In this document: piece after piece, positions 19,624 to 29,243 of the stretch
How the letters are laid out: every line of letters starts with the position of its first letter
Numbering within the stretch: the first letter of the stretch is position 1
Notes under the pieces: generated by a model
Database searches by the model: none
Told to the model about the DNA's origin: nothing
The model's input: the letters and a program-made list of their open reading frames with translations, nothing else
Translations under genes and position numbers: made by a program
IMG/VR virus record: IMGVR_UViG_3300046804_003469
Coordinates: 151,028-215,027 of that record
DNA: 64,000 bases
Strand: one strand, 5' to 3'

Positions 19624-21770
19624 CCGTCCGCCACGAAATCAAGTCTCAACTCGCCAAACTTCTTGCTACTGAAGACCTTGTGGTTGAGCACAAGAAAGTA
19701 GAGACCGCTTGCTTCAACGTCCATACTCGTGTGCTGACTCTTCCAATGTGGGAGAAGGCAAGCAACACCGTCTATGACCTGCTGGTTGGTCACGAAGTTG
19801 GTCACGCTCTTTATACTCCAGATGAAGATTGGTTGAAAGAATATAAGATTCCACCTCAGTTTGTGAATGTGGTGGAGGATGCTCGTATTGAGAAACTGAT
19901 GAAGCGTCGTTATGCTGGTCTGGCGAAGACTTTCTTCAACGGATACAAGGAACTTGCCGACGATGATTTCTTTCAAATCAAAGACGACAACCTGGAAACT
20001 TATAATCTTGCCGACCGTGCAAACCTGTGGTTCAAGATTGGTAATTATACTCAGGTGCCGATTGAGCATGGTGAAGAGACTGATATTATCAATCTGATTG
20101 CCGAAACTGAAACTTTTGCCGATGTGCTGATTGCCGCAGAGGCACTCTACAAGTATTGTAAGCACAAGCAAGAAGAAGAAACAAAGACTTCTCTGGATAA
20201 TCTTGAGTCCCAACAGAGTGGTTCTAATCAACCTGCTTCTGACTTTAGTGATCAACAAGAAGGTGAAAACGATCAACCAGAATCTGGTGCTAGTGATGGT
20301 TCTTCTTCTGATGAATCTACTCAACAACCTACTCAACAAACTCCCCAAGAAATGGGTGGTGAAAAGGATGAAGATCCAGAAGTAAAGACGATGGATTCTC
20401 TGGAAGAGTCTCTAAAAGAACTTGTGAATAATAGCACTCCTGAAAATGTTTATTTGGAACTTCCTCAACTTGACTTAAAAAAAGTCATTGTTCCAAATGA
20501 TATTATTCATTCTAAGTGTGAACAAGAATGGGATAACTATATTCAAGTGCGAGAATGTACATATGATCAAATTTTTGGTGTAGTTGATAAGTCATTTATC
20601 GAGTTCAAGCGTTCTGCTCAGAAAGAAGTCAACTATCTGGTGAAAGAGTTTGAGTGTCGCAAGGCAGCAGATTCCTATGCCCGTGCATCAACTGCCCGTA
20701 CTGGTGTTCTGGACTGCTCCAAACTTCATACCTACAAGTACAACGAAGACCTGTTTAAAAAAGTCACTACTTTTGCCGATGGTAAAAATCATGGTCTAGT
20801 GTTTGTTCTGGATTGGTCTGGATCTATGAATGAGGTGATGTTGGATACTGTCAAGCAACTCTTCAATCTTGTATGGTTCTGTAAGAAAGTTGCAATTCCG
20901 TTTGAGGTTTATGCTTTCACTTCGGATTATCCTTTAGTATCTTACGATGAAAATGGTCGATCTAATTTGAGGCAACTTTCTTATAAAAAACGTGATGGTT
21001 TGATTCAAGTTGGGGAATGGTTTTCTATGATGAATCTGTTGACTAGTAATACTAATAATAAAGTTCTTGATCAACAGATGAAAAATCTCTATCGTATTGC
21101 ATATTCTTTTGGTAGAAATTGTTATACTTCTTATTCAATTCCAAATGGACTTTCTCTTTCTGGAACTCCTTTGAATGAAGCAATTATTTCTCTTCATCAA
21201 ATTCTCCCTAAATTTCAGAAAGAAAACAAACTTCAAAAAGTTCAGTGTGTGGTTTTAACTGATGGTGAAGCATGTGGTATCAAATATCATCGTGAAGTAA
21301 AACGTCATTGGGAGCAAGAACCTTTTCTTGGAACTTTTCATATTGGAAGGGATGCTATTCTTCGTGACCGCAAAACGGGAAATACTTATTCTTTGGATTG
21401 TGAATGGCATCAATTTACTGATATTCTTCTTCGCAATATTCGTGATCGTTTTGTCGATATTAACTTTATCGGTATTCGTGTTCTCGAATCCCGTGATGCT
21501 GGTAGTTTTATTCGCCGTTATTGTGGATTTTATGGTGAAGAACATGATAAAGTGATGGGTGCTTGGCGTAAAGAAAAAGCATTTTCTATTAAAAAGTCTG
21601 GATACCATACTTACTTTGGTCTTTCTGCAACTGCTCTTTCTCAAGATACTGAATTTGAAGTTGCTGAATGTGCTACTAAATCTCAAATCAAATCTGCATT
21701 TGTAAAAAGTTTAAAATCGAAAAAAATGAACAAAAAAATTCTGGGTGAGTTTGTGGAACTGGTTGCCTGA
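19620..21770 (+). CDS. CobT-like protein: N-terminal HExxH metallopeptidase-like domain, acidic linker, vWA domain
   Basis: HEVGH...NVVEDARIE; MIDAS motifs DWSGSM, GTP, LTDGE; adjacent to CobS-type ATPase. Confidence 0.85.
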   Translation: MTVRHEIKSQLAKLLATEDLVVEHKKVETACFNVHTRVLTLPMWEKASNTVYDLLVGHEVGHALYTPDEDWLKEYKIPPQFVNVVEDARIEKLMKRRYAGLAKTFFNGYKELADDDFFQIKDDNLETYNLADRANLWFKIGNYTQVPIEHGEETDIINLIAETETFADVLIAAEALYKYCKHKQEEETKTSLDNLESQQSGSNQPASDFSDQQEGENDQPESGASDGSSSDESTQQPTQQTPQEMGGEKDEDPEVKTMDSLEESLKELVNNSTPENVYLELPQLDLKKVIVPNDIIHSKCEQEWDNYIQVRECTYDQIFGVVDKSFIEFKRSAQKEVNYLVKEFECRKAADSYARASTARTGVLDCSKLHTYKYNEDLFKKVTTFADGKNHGLVFVLDWSGSMNEVMLDTVKQLFNLVWFCKKVAIPFEVYAFTSDYPLVSYDENGRSNLRQLSYKKRDGLIQVGEWFSMMNLLTSNTNNKVLDQQMKNLYRIAYSFGRNCYTSYSIPNGLSLSGTPLNEAIISLHQILPKFQKENKLQKVQCVVLTDGEACGIKYHREVKRHWEQEPFLGTFHIGRDAILRDRKTGNTYSLDCEWHQFTDILLRNIRDRFVDINFIGIRVLESRDAGSFIRRYCGFYGEEHDKVMGAWRKEKAFSIKKSGYHTYFGLSATALSQDTEFEVAECATKSQIKSAFVKSLKSKKMNKKILGEFVELVA

Positions 21771-21859
21771 TCCACTTTTCAAACTGTCACAAGAGTCATC
21801 TCTATGCCCCTTGTGTGCCCCTATAATTACTTTGTTGAAACAATTCCACTTAACTCATC

Positions 21860-22972
21860 ATGCCCCGTAAAATTTCTGTGACTGACGACCAACTGATTAC
21901 TGATCTTCGTTCTGTGTTTGGTAGTGAAGTAATTGCTGCCGATATTCGTGGATTTTGTGCCTCTCGTGGTCTTAACTATCAAACTGTGACTCGTCGCCTT
22001 GATAACTATAAGACTGGTCGTGGTCGTTGGAATCTTGAGGTAACTCAAGAACGTGTTGAAGAAATTGAACGTTCTTACCAATCTCCTGCAGTTCTTCCTG
22101 TCGTGGAACAAAACCTTATTCCTGATAAAGATGATACCTTCGTCAAGTTTGGTAATTTTAACGATATTAAAAAAATTATTCAGTCCCGTCTTTTTTATCC
22201 TACGTTTATTACGGGTCTTTCGGGTAATGGTAAAACGTTCAGTGTGGAGCAAGCATGTGCTCAATTGGGTCGGGAACTGATTCGTGTCAACATCACCATT
22301 GAGACCGATGAGGATGATCTGATTGGTGGTTTCCGTCTTGTGAATGGTGAAACTGCATGGCATAACGGTCCTGTGATTGAAGCATTAGAGCGTGGTGCAA
22401 TTCTTCTTCTGGATGAGATTGATCTTGCTTCTAACAAGATTCTGTGTCTCCAATCTGTTCTTGAAGGTAAGGGCGTCTTCCTCAAAAAAATTGGTCGATT
22501 CGTGAAACCCGCTGCTGGATTCAACGTGATTGCCACTGCAAATACCAAGGGTAAGGGTTCTGATGATGGTCGTTTCATTGGCACCAACGTGCTCAACGAA
22601 GCATTCCTTGAACGCTTCCCCGTGACCTTTGAGCAGTCCTACCCTGCTCCCGCAACGGAGCAGAAGATCCTGGAAGGCATCGCTCTGGACCTTGGCGTGG
22701 AAGACCGCGACTTCTGCAAGCAATTGGTAAATTGGTCTGATATTATTAGGAAAACTTTCTATGATGGTGGTATTGAAGAAATCATTAGCACCCGACGACT
22801 GGTTCATATCATTCGTGCATATAGTATTTTTGGTGATAAGGCAAAGGCAATCCAAGTTTGCATTAACCGCTTTGACGATGAAACCAAAACCGCATTCCTT
22901 GAACTTTATGATAAAATTGATGTCAATTTTGAACTTCCAAAAGAAGAGAGTGGCGAGACTCCTACTTTCTAA
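21860..22972 (+). CDS. cobS: CobS/MoxR-family AAA+ ATPase
   Basis: GLSGNGKT, LLLDEID, TANTKG, NEAFLERF. Confidence 0.92.
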   Translation: MPRKISVTDDQLITDLRSVFGSEVIAADIRGFCASRGLNYQTVTRRLDNYKTGRGRWNLEVTQERVEEIERSYQSPAVLPVVEQNLIPDKDDTFVKFGNFNDIKKIIQSRLFYPTFITGLSGNGKTFSVEQACAQLGRELIRVNITIETDEDDLIGGFRLVNGETAWHNGPVIEALERGAILLLDEIDLASNKILCLQSVLEGKGVFLKKIGRFVKPAAGFNVIATANTKGKGSDDGRFIGTNVLNEAFLERFPVTFEQSYPAPATEQKILEGIALDLGVEDRDFCKQLVNWSDIIRKTFYDGGIEEIISTRRLVHIIRAYSIFGDKAKAIQVCINRFDDETKTAFLELYDKIDVNFELPKEESGETPTF

Positions 22973-22993
22973 TTTCTAATAAAACTTTTTTAC

Positions 22994-23033
22994 TGAAAAG
23001 TGTTATTCGTATAAATAGTAATAGCACTTTTCA
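22994..23033 (+). promoter_or_regulatory. Late promoter in the loop of a hairpin upstream of HNH gene
   Basis: TGAAAAGTGTTATT / AATAGCACTTTTCA arms; TATAAATA at 23010-23017. Confidence 0.75.
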
Positions 23034-23040
23034 CCAACTT

Positions 23041-23538
23041 ATGTCATATACAAAAGAACAAAGAATTGAGTATAATAAAAAATACTATGAAAATAGGAGT
23101 GATGAGCAAAAAGAACTAAAACGCCTTGCTGATAGGGAATATTATTACAAAAATAAAGAAAAATGCAATAAAAGGCATTTAGAATATTATGAAACCAATA
23201 AAGAAAAACTAAAAAAACAGAATACTGAAAACAATAACAAAAGACGACAAAAACTAAAAGAGGAAGCAAAACAAAAACTTGGTGGAAAATGTGTATGGTG
23301 TGGAGCAACTGAAAACCTTGAATTTGACCATATAGACCCAGCACAAAAACAATTTACCATAAGTGCCTTTCCTTGCTCTCTTGAATTATGGTGGAAAGAG
23401 GTTGAAAAATGTCGCCTATTATGCAAAACCTGCCACAAAAAACATAGTGATGCTGAAATGGCAGCAAAACATCTTTATTGGGTAAATCTTTCTTTTGATG
23501 AACGACAAAAACTCATTCAGCAGCAACTTGACCAATAA
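23041..23538 (+). CDS. Free-standing HNH homing endonuclease
   Basis: CVWCG...LEFDHIDP...CRLLCKTCHKKH; charged helical N-terminus. Confidence 0.88.
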   Translation: MSYTKEQRIEYNKKYYENRSDEQKELKRLADREYYYKNKEKCNKRHLEYYETNKEKLKKQNTENNNKRRQKLKEEAKQKLGGKCVWCGATENLEFDHIDPAQKQFTISAFPCSLELWWKEVEKCRLLCKTCHKKHSDAEMAAKHLYWVNLSFDERQKLIQQQLDQ

Positions 23539-23556
23539 CCTCAATCCTGATATAAT
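23528..23556 (+). promoter_or_regulatory. Sigma70-type promoter
   Basis: TTGACC-17 nt-TATAAT. Confidence 0.7.
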
Positions 23557-23591
23557 TGGGGGAGGTAAAAAATACACCTTCCCTTTTCATT

Positions 23592-24092
23592 ATGGATAAT
23601 AAAAACACTGATTACATTTCACTAAACAACCCTCAATATTTTATGGGTGGTGATGGTTGTAGTGACGATTATGCACATTTGAATTTAAGTAACTTGTATA
23701 CTTATAATCTCAATAATGAAGATAAAATTGAAATTAAAAAAACTCCAGGTGAATCTTCCGCAACTATGAATGAGACTAAAAATCATCTTTGGAAATACAA
23801 CGAAGACAAAATCTTGAAAGATATTCAGGATTATGTGACTAGCACTTATGGAAGTCACTATTGCGGACATCAACAAGAATATCAAGGTGTCCAAACGATT
23901 GATTTGATGGCAGCAAAGGAACTTGCTTCAGATTTCTGTCAAGCAAATATTATTAAATACGGTTCTCGTTATGGTGATAAAGACGGACGTAGCAAGCGTG
24001 ATTTGATGAAAGTCATTCACTATGCTATGCTTCTACTTCACTTCGATGGTCATTATTCACGCAAGGATAATGGTCTTACAGAATTCCGTTGA
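23592..24092 (+). CDS. DUF3310-like (T7 gp1.7-type nucleotide kinase-like) protein
   Basis: HY...QTIDL...FCQANIIKYGSRYGDKDG...DLMKVIHY pattern. Confidence 0.6.
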   Translation: MDNKNTDYISLNNPQYFMGGDGCSDDYAHLNLSNLYTYNLNNEDKIEIKKTPGESSATMNETKNHLWKYNEDKILKDIQDYVTSTYGSHYCGHQQEYQGVQTIDLMAAKELASDFCQANIIKYGSRYGDKDGRSKRDLMKVIHYAMLLLHFDGHYSRKDNGLTEFR

Positions 24093-24094
24093 TT

Positions 24095-24781
24095 ATGAAA
24101 CTCAGACAAGATACTATGAAATTTTCTGATAAAACTTTAACTCTTCTTAAAAATTTTTCTTCGATTAATCAATCAATTCTTTTTAAGAAGGGAAATTCGC
24201 TTCGCACCATTTCGGTAATGAAAAACATTCTTGCTGAAGCAACTATTGATGAAGATCTCCCTAAAGATTTTGGAATTTATGATTTAAACCAATTTCTAAA
24301 TGGTCTTTCACTTCACAATGATGCTGAACTGGACTTTACAAATGACAAGTACACAATCATTAAAGAAGGTAAAAGTAGGTCGAAATACTTCTTTGCTGAT
24401 CCAAATGTAATTGTAACTCCTCCCGATAAATCTATTGTTCTTCCTAGTGAAGATGTTTGCTTTCTTCTTGATACTAAAGAATTAGATAAACTGAAAAAAG
24501 CATCAGCAGTTTATGAACTTGATGATCTTTCGGTAATCGGTGAAAATGGAGTTGTAAAACTTCTTGTTCGTGATAAGAAGAATGAAACATCTAATGACTT
24601 CTCCGTAATTGTTGGTGAAACGGATGATACTTTTGTTTTTAACTTTAAAGTTGAAAATCTTAAGATTCTTCCTGGTTCTTATGAAGTAGTAATTTCTAAG
24701 CAACTTCTTTCTAGGTTCAAGAGTACTACCTATAGTGTAACGTATTACATCGCAATGGAACCAGACTCATCTTTCAACTGA
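24095..24781 (+). CDS. gp45: DNA polymerase sliding clamp
   Basis: LKNFSSINQSI, FGIYDLNQFL, YYIAMEPDS; start may be 24116. Confidence 0.95.
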   Translation: MKLRQDTMKFSDKTLTLLKNFSSINQSILFKKGNSLRTISVMKNILAEATIDEDLPKDFGIYDLNQFLNGLSLHNDAELDFTNDKYTIIKEGKSRSKYFFADPNVIVTPPDKSIVLPSEDVCFLLDTKELDKLKKASAVYELDDLSVIGENGVVKLLVRDKKNETSNDFSVIVGETDDTFVFNFKVENLKILPGSYEVVISKQLLSRFKSTTYSVTYYIAMEPDSSFN

Positions 24782-24809
24782 TATACTAAGGATATCAACA
24801 ACTTACATT

Positions 24810-25319
24810 ATGAACATCTTTGCCACTCATCCCTTTCCTGCTGAGTCTGCTATTTGTCTTCCCGATAAACATATTGTTAAAATGCCACTTGAGTGCTGCC
24901 AAATGCTTTCCATTGTAGCATCCAAGTGGTATCATAATTATGGAGCAATTCATAAAGCAGATGGAAATCCTTATGCAACTGAGAAAGGTGCATTCCGCAA
25001 CCATCCATGTACTCAATGGGCATCACAAACAATTGATAATGCATATTGGTTGATTAAGTGGGGAATGAATTTATGTGATGAATATGCTATTCGTTATGAT
25101 AAGATTCATGCTTGTTATAACACTCTAGTTGAAGCATATTATTTGTTTCCTAAAGGTAAACTGGATAACGTAACTCCTTTTGCTCGTGCGATGCCAGATG
25201 AGTATAAACTTGATGGCAGTATTGACACTTTTACTGCTTACAAGATGTATATCGCATCCAAACCTTGGGTTGCATCTAATTATCTTCGTATGCCGCAACG
25301 AAAACCTGATTGGGTCTAA
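24810..25319 (+). CDS. Pyrimidine-dimer DNA glycosylase (DenV)-related protein
   Basis: MNIF...DKHIVKMPLECCQML, NHPCTQW, FARAMPDEYK. Confidence 0.65.
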   Translation: MNIFATHPFPAESAICLPDKHIVKMPLECCQMLSIVASKWYHNYGAIHKADGNPYATEKGAFRNHPCTQWASQTIDNAYWLIKWGMNLCDEYAIRYDKIHACYNTLVEAYYLFPKGKLDNVTPFARAMPDEYKLDGSIDTFTAYKMYIASKPWVASNYLRMPQRKPDWV

Positions 25320-25322
25320 ATT

Positions 25323-25499
25323 ATGAAACTCTCTGATGATGAAGTTCTGTGGATTTCTGCTATACTTCATAAATCTAAATCAAAAGTTCTTTCGGAATAT
25401 CCTGAAGCACAATTGATTATGGATAAGATTTGTAACGAATCTGGAAAAATAGTTGCAAATAAAGCACGGAAACTCTTAAAACTTGGTAAGTGGTCTTAA
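25323..25499 (+). CDS. Small hypothetical protein
   Basis: Unannotated 58-aa ORF MKLSDDEVLWISAILHK...KLGKWS filling the gap exactly. Confidence 0.65.
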   Translation: MKLSDDEVLWISAILHKSKSKVLSEYPEAQLIMDKICNESGKIVANKARKLLKLGKWS

Positions 25500-25502
25500 A
25501 TT

Positions 25503-26447
25503 ATGACAAGTGAATTCTTATTCTGTGAGAAGTATCGTCCTCAAGTGATTGAAGATTGTATTCTCCCCGATGATACTAAAAAAACATTCAAGGAGTTTGT
25601 AGAAAAAGGAGAGATTCCAAATCTTCTTCTTGCTGGTCCTCCTGGTATTGGTAAAACAACAATCGCAAAAGCACTTTGCAATGAACTAGGAGCAGATTAT
25701 TATGTTATCAATGGATCCGACGAAGGACGTTTCTTGGATACTGTACGAAACCAAGCAAAGAACTTTGCTTCGACCGTCTCACTTACGGGATCTTCTAAAC
25801 ATAAAGTCATCATCATCGATGAGGCGGATAACACAGGAAACGACGTACAACTCCTTCTACGGGCGAATATTGAGACATTTTATAGCAACTGCAGATTCAT
25901 CTTCACCTGCAACTATAAAAACAAAATTATTGAACCTCTTCACTCTCGATGTGCAGTCATCGACTTCACAATCAAGGGGAAACAAAAGGCACAACTTGCG
26001 GGATCATTTTTCAAGCGTCTCCAAATTATCTTGGATCAGGAAAAAATTGAATATGATCAAAAAGTCGTTGCAGAACTTGTATCCAAACATTTTCCTGATT
26101 TTCGACGTGTCCTCAACGAATGTCAACGATATTCTACAGGAGGAAAAATCGACTCAGGCATTCTTGCATCTTTCTCAGACGTTTCAGTAAATGATCTCAT
26201 TAAACATCTCAAAACTAAAAACTTCACAGAAGTACGAAAGTGGGTGGTCTCCAACTTGGACAACGATCCTTCTATCCTTTTTCGCAGGATTTATGACGCC
26301 TGTTATACTTGCCTTTCACCTCAAACTATTCCCGCTGCCATTCTTGTTATTGCTAAGTATCAATACCAATGTGCGTTCGTGGCTGATCAAGAAATTAACT
26401 TTTTAGCAGCATTGACTGAAATTATGTGTGAGTGTGAGTTTCTATGA
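25503..26447 (+). CDS. gp44: Clamp loader large subunit
   Basis: EKYRP, GPPGIGKTT, IIDEAD, PLHSRC. Confidence 0.97.
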   Translation: MTSEFLFCEKYRPQVIEDCILPDDTKKTFKEFVEKGEIPNLLLAGPPGIGKTTIAKALCNELGADYYVINGSDEGRFLDTVRNQAKNFASTVSLTGSSKHKVIIIDEADNTGNDVQLLLRANIETFYSNCRFIFTCNYKNKIIEPLHSRCAVIDFTIKGKQKAQLAGSFFKRLQIILDQEKIEYDQKVVAELVSKHFPDFRRVLNECQRYSTGGKIDSGILASFSDVSVNDLIKHLKTKNFTEVRKWVVSNLDNDPSILFRRIYDACYTCLSPQTIPAAILVIAKYQYQCAFVADQEINFLAALTEIMCECEFL

Positions 26448-26659
26448 ATCCTTATAAAATAGATCGCTCAAAACTATATGAGCATCCAGTTAAGACTACT
26501 CCCGAAAATGTGAAAGAGGCAAATGAAGGTCTTTTTCGTGCTAAAATGACTCTTCCTGCTGCTGCAAAACATTGTGGTATGACGCAGAAAGAAATGAAAC
26601 TCACCTTTTTTGAATACCTAAAGTATAACAAACCTGATTATGAAAACAAAGGTCACTAA
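26444..26659 (+). CDS. Small protein, possible helix-turn-helix
   Basis: MTLPAAAKHCGMTQKEMK; ATGA overlap with gp44. Confidence 0.65.
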   Translation: MNPYKIDRSKLYEHPVKTTPENVKEANEGLFRAKMTLPAAAKHCGMTQKEMKLTFFEYLKYNKPDYENKGH

Positions 26660-27194
26660 ACCTCACAAAAAAAATTGGAAGGCATATTGTGAAACTGCCT
26701 TTAATAATTGTAAAGGTAGTTTGTATAACTGGGGGAAACCAGATTATTTTAGACCAATTACTCGCACCTTCTACATTAATGTATTTGATTGTGCTGGAGC
26801 AAATCATACTGGTCTTATTAGTAAAGATGCGATTGATAGTCCTAAAGATAGAACACTTGATCACTGTCTTTCGCCGCAGTTTATTGGTAGGATGATTATG
26901 GATAATCCAGAAAAGTTTTTGAATGATTATGAAACATTTGAAAATCTTTTTTGGTTGGCATGTTCTACAATCACAGTAACTAAAAAAGAAAATACAGCAT
27001 TGAGTTTATTGACTATCAATGATGGTTATGAATATAAAGTTTCTGTTCCAACAAACTTGAAATATAATCATCTTGGAATTCAACTGTATATGAAAGTTGG
27101 AAATCGCTGGAGGGATTCTGCTCCTGTAGAATCGAATATTATTGATGCTCCAGAAGAATTGTTGGAATATGAAAAAAACTTTTTAATTTTGTAA
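26640..27194 (+). CDS. Hypothetical protein, possible His-Me (HNH-like) nuclease
   Basis: TLDHCLSP...TITVTKKEN spacing resembles a DH...N betabetaalpha-metal core. Confidence 0.55.
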   Translation: MKTKVTKPHKKNWKAYCETAFNNCKGSLYNWGKPDYFRPITRTFYINVFDCAGANHTGLISKDAIDSPKDRTLDHCLSPQFIGRMIMDNPEKFLNDYETFENLFWLACSTITVTKKENTALSLLTINDGYEYKVSVPTNLKYNHLGIQLYMKVGNRWRDSAPVESNIIDAPEELLEYEKNFLIL

Positions 27195-28255
27195 TGTTAT
27201 TAACCGAAGAGAATGCCATTTGGGCAGCAAATCAATTCATACAATATTATTCTGATTTTAATCGTATTGACGATTATATGAGGTTTGTTAAAAAGAGTAG
27301 AATTGAAAATTCTGTTGGAAAATTATTTGGACCTCATGATGAAATCTTTTCAGATTTTTCTTTAGATCCAAATAATATGTCATTTGCAATTCATGAAGTT
27401 GACACAAGTTCAAAACCAAAATCAAAGTATAACCAAGAATTATACTCTGAAATTTTGAACATGACTGCATCAAATGCTATTGAAGAAGCAATTCCAGGTA
27501 GAACTATTAAATGGATTGTTACTGAAGAAACAACTAAAAAAATTGTCGGAGTTGTTCGTTTTGGGTCTCCTACAATTAACTCAAAACCAAGAAATGATTA
27601 TTTTGGTGAAGTTCTTCCTCTTTCCACAATTAATCAGCAGTTTGTAATGGGATTTAACATTGTTCCCGTCCAACCATTTGGATATAATTATCTTGGCGGA
27701 AAACTTCTTGCTCTTTTAGCATCATCAAATTATCTTAAAAGACAATTTGATTTGAAGTATGGAACTGATCTTCAGTATTTTGAAACTACTTCATTGTATG
27801 GAACAACAAAAGGTGTATCCATGTATGATGGTCTTAAACCTTACATCAAACATATTGGAGATACTGAAAGCAAATTTCTTCCTTTGTTTCATGATGATTA
27901 TTTTAGAGATTTATTCTGGTGGTTTAATAATAATGCTAATGGCGGAGAAAGATTAATCTCTGCAGATAAGTCTTCTAAAAAATTAAAAATACAAGTGAAA
28001 ATGATTTCAATTATTCGCCATTCTCTTAAGGACGAAAATAAATTAAATGAGTTTAATGCGTGTATTGAAAAAGCAAAATCATTAACTGAAAAGAAAAGAT
28101 ACTATCTTTCAAAATTTGGTTATGAACCAGAAGATGTTATTGCTTGGTGGAAAGTTAAGGCATCTAAAAGATATAATAAATTAATTCTGGAGAATAAGTT
28201 AAGAACAAAAATTGAATTATGGGAACCTGGAGTTGATTTGGAGATTATTCGATGA
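27194..28255 (+). CDS. DUF4338 / DruA-like protein
   Basis: GVVRFGSP, PVQPFGYNYLGGKLLALLASS, ETTSLYG...SMYDGL motifs. Confidence 0.65.
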   Translation: MLLTEENAIWAANQFIQYYSDFNRIDDYMRFVKKSRIENSVGKLFGPHDEIFSDFSLDPNNMSFAIHEVDTSSKPKSKYNQELYSEILNMTASNAIEEAIPGRTIKWIVTEETTKKIVGVVRFGSPTINSKPRNDYFGEVLPLSTINQQFVMGFNIVPVQPFGYNYLGGKLLALLASSNYLKRQFDLKYGTDLQYFETTSLYGTTKGVSMYDGLKPYIKHIGDTESKFLPLFHDDYFRDLFWWFNNNANGGERLISADKSSKKLKIQVKMISIIRHSLKDENKLNEFNACIEKAKSLTEKKRYYLSKFGYEPEDVIAWWKVKASKRYNKLILENKLRTKIELWEPGVDLEIIR

Positions 28256-28395
28256 AATGTGAAGTCCAACTCTATGTTGCTGGTACGGTTTTTTATGAAA
28301 CCGTAATTGCCAGAGATTATAAAGAAGCAAAGGAAGTTGCCCTTGCTCGTAATCCTAATGCTAAAGTAATTGCTGTCACTGCGAAGTTTAAATAA
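28252..28395 (+). CDS. Small hypothetical protein
   Basis: Unannotated 47-aa ORF MKCEVQLYVAGTVFYETVIARDYKEAKEVALARNPNAKV..., coupled by ATGA and TAATG overlaps. Confidence 0.75.
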   Translation: MKCEVQLYVAGTVFYETVIARDYKEAKEVALARNPNAKVIAVTAKFK

Positions 28396-28775
28396 TGGAA
28401 CTGAAAGATTGGTTGAATTCGATAAATCAAACAAAAGTAAATTTAATTGATGATGATTTATCTTTAGAAAAAGAATATGCTCCATTCATCATCAATAGGT
28501 GTCTTTCTGGTCATATTGATTGTATTATGTATGCAAATGAGATGAACAGGTATAATTTTTTGCCAAAAAAGATGCAGTATGATTTTTTTATAAATAGTCT
28601 GAGGAAAAAAAAGAGATTCTCTCCTTGGCTCCGAAAAGATCAAATCAAAGACTTAGAATGTGTTAAACAATACTATGGATATAGTAATGAAAAAGCACTA
28701 CAATCTTTGAAGATTTTAAACAAAGAACAAATCAACTTTATTAAACAACGACTTGAAATTGGCGGAAAGAAATGA
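28395..28775 (+). CDS. gp62: Clamp loader small subunit
   Basis: YAPFIINRCLS, ANEMN, YYGYSNEKA; precedes regA. Confidence 0.93.
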   Translation: MELKDWLNSINQTKVNLIDDDLSLEKEYAPFIINRCLSGHIDCIMYANEMNRYNFLPKKMQYDFFINSLRKKKRFSPWLRKDQIKDLECVKQYYGYSNEKALQSLKILNKEQINFIKQRLEIGGKK

Positions 28776-29212
28776 CTAATCAAACTATTGAACCACAAGT
28801 AAATTGGTCTCCTGAGATGATGGTGGAAGTTATTCTGAATGAACCAGATGACTTTCTTAAAGTTCGTGAAACTTTGACTCGAATCGGAGTTGCATCGAGA
28901 AAGGAGAAAAAACTCTATCAGAGTTGCCACATTCTTCATAAGCAAGGTAGATATTATCTTGTTCACTTTAAGGAACTGTTTGCTCTGGATGGTAAACATG
29001 CAAACCTGACTGTGAATGATGTTCAGCGTCGCAATCGTATTACTCGCCTTCTTTCTGATTGGGGGTTAATTACTGTTGTAAAAGAAGAATCTATTGCAGA
29101 TATTGCTCCCCTCAATCAAATTAAAGTTCTTTCTTATAAAGATAAAGGTGATTGGATTTTAGAGCAAAAATACAATATTGGTAAAAAAGGAAAAGGTCAG
29201 GAAACCGAATGA
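28772..29212 (+). CDS. regA: Translational repressor RegA
   Basis: DDFLKVRETLTRIG, LYQSCHILHKQGRYYLVHFKELFALDG. Confidence 0.97.
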   Translation: MTNQTIEPQVNWSPEMMVEVILNEPDDFLKVRETLTRIGVASRKEKKLYQSCHILHKQGRYYLVHFKELFALDGKHANLTVNDVQRRNRITRLLSDWGLITVVKEESIADIAPLNQIKVLSYKDKGDWILEQKYNIGKKGKGQETE

Positions 29213-29218
29213 TTTTGT

Positions 29219-29243
29219 AGGGAGGTCAACACCTCCCTTTTTT
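29219..29243 (+). terminator. Intrinsic terminator after regA
   Basis: AGGGAGGT-CAAC-ACCTCCCT + T run. Confidence 0.85.

Noticed and set aside
19611-20348. 245-aa minus-strand ORF, and similar antisense ORFs at 12382-12816, 21827-22363, 22385-22855, 33673-34119
   Set aside because: Shadows of well-supported + strand genes with biased codon usage; no motifs or expression signals.
21860-22972. Cobalamin biosynthesis function
   Set aside because: No CobN or other cob genes; the protein is a generic MoxR-type AAA+ ATPase.
27194-28255. Complete Druantia defence system
   Set aside because: Only a DruA-like gene is present; no DruE-like helicase or other partners.
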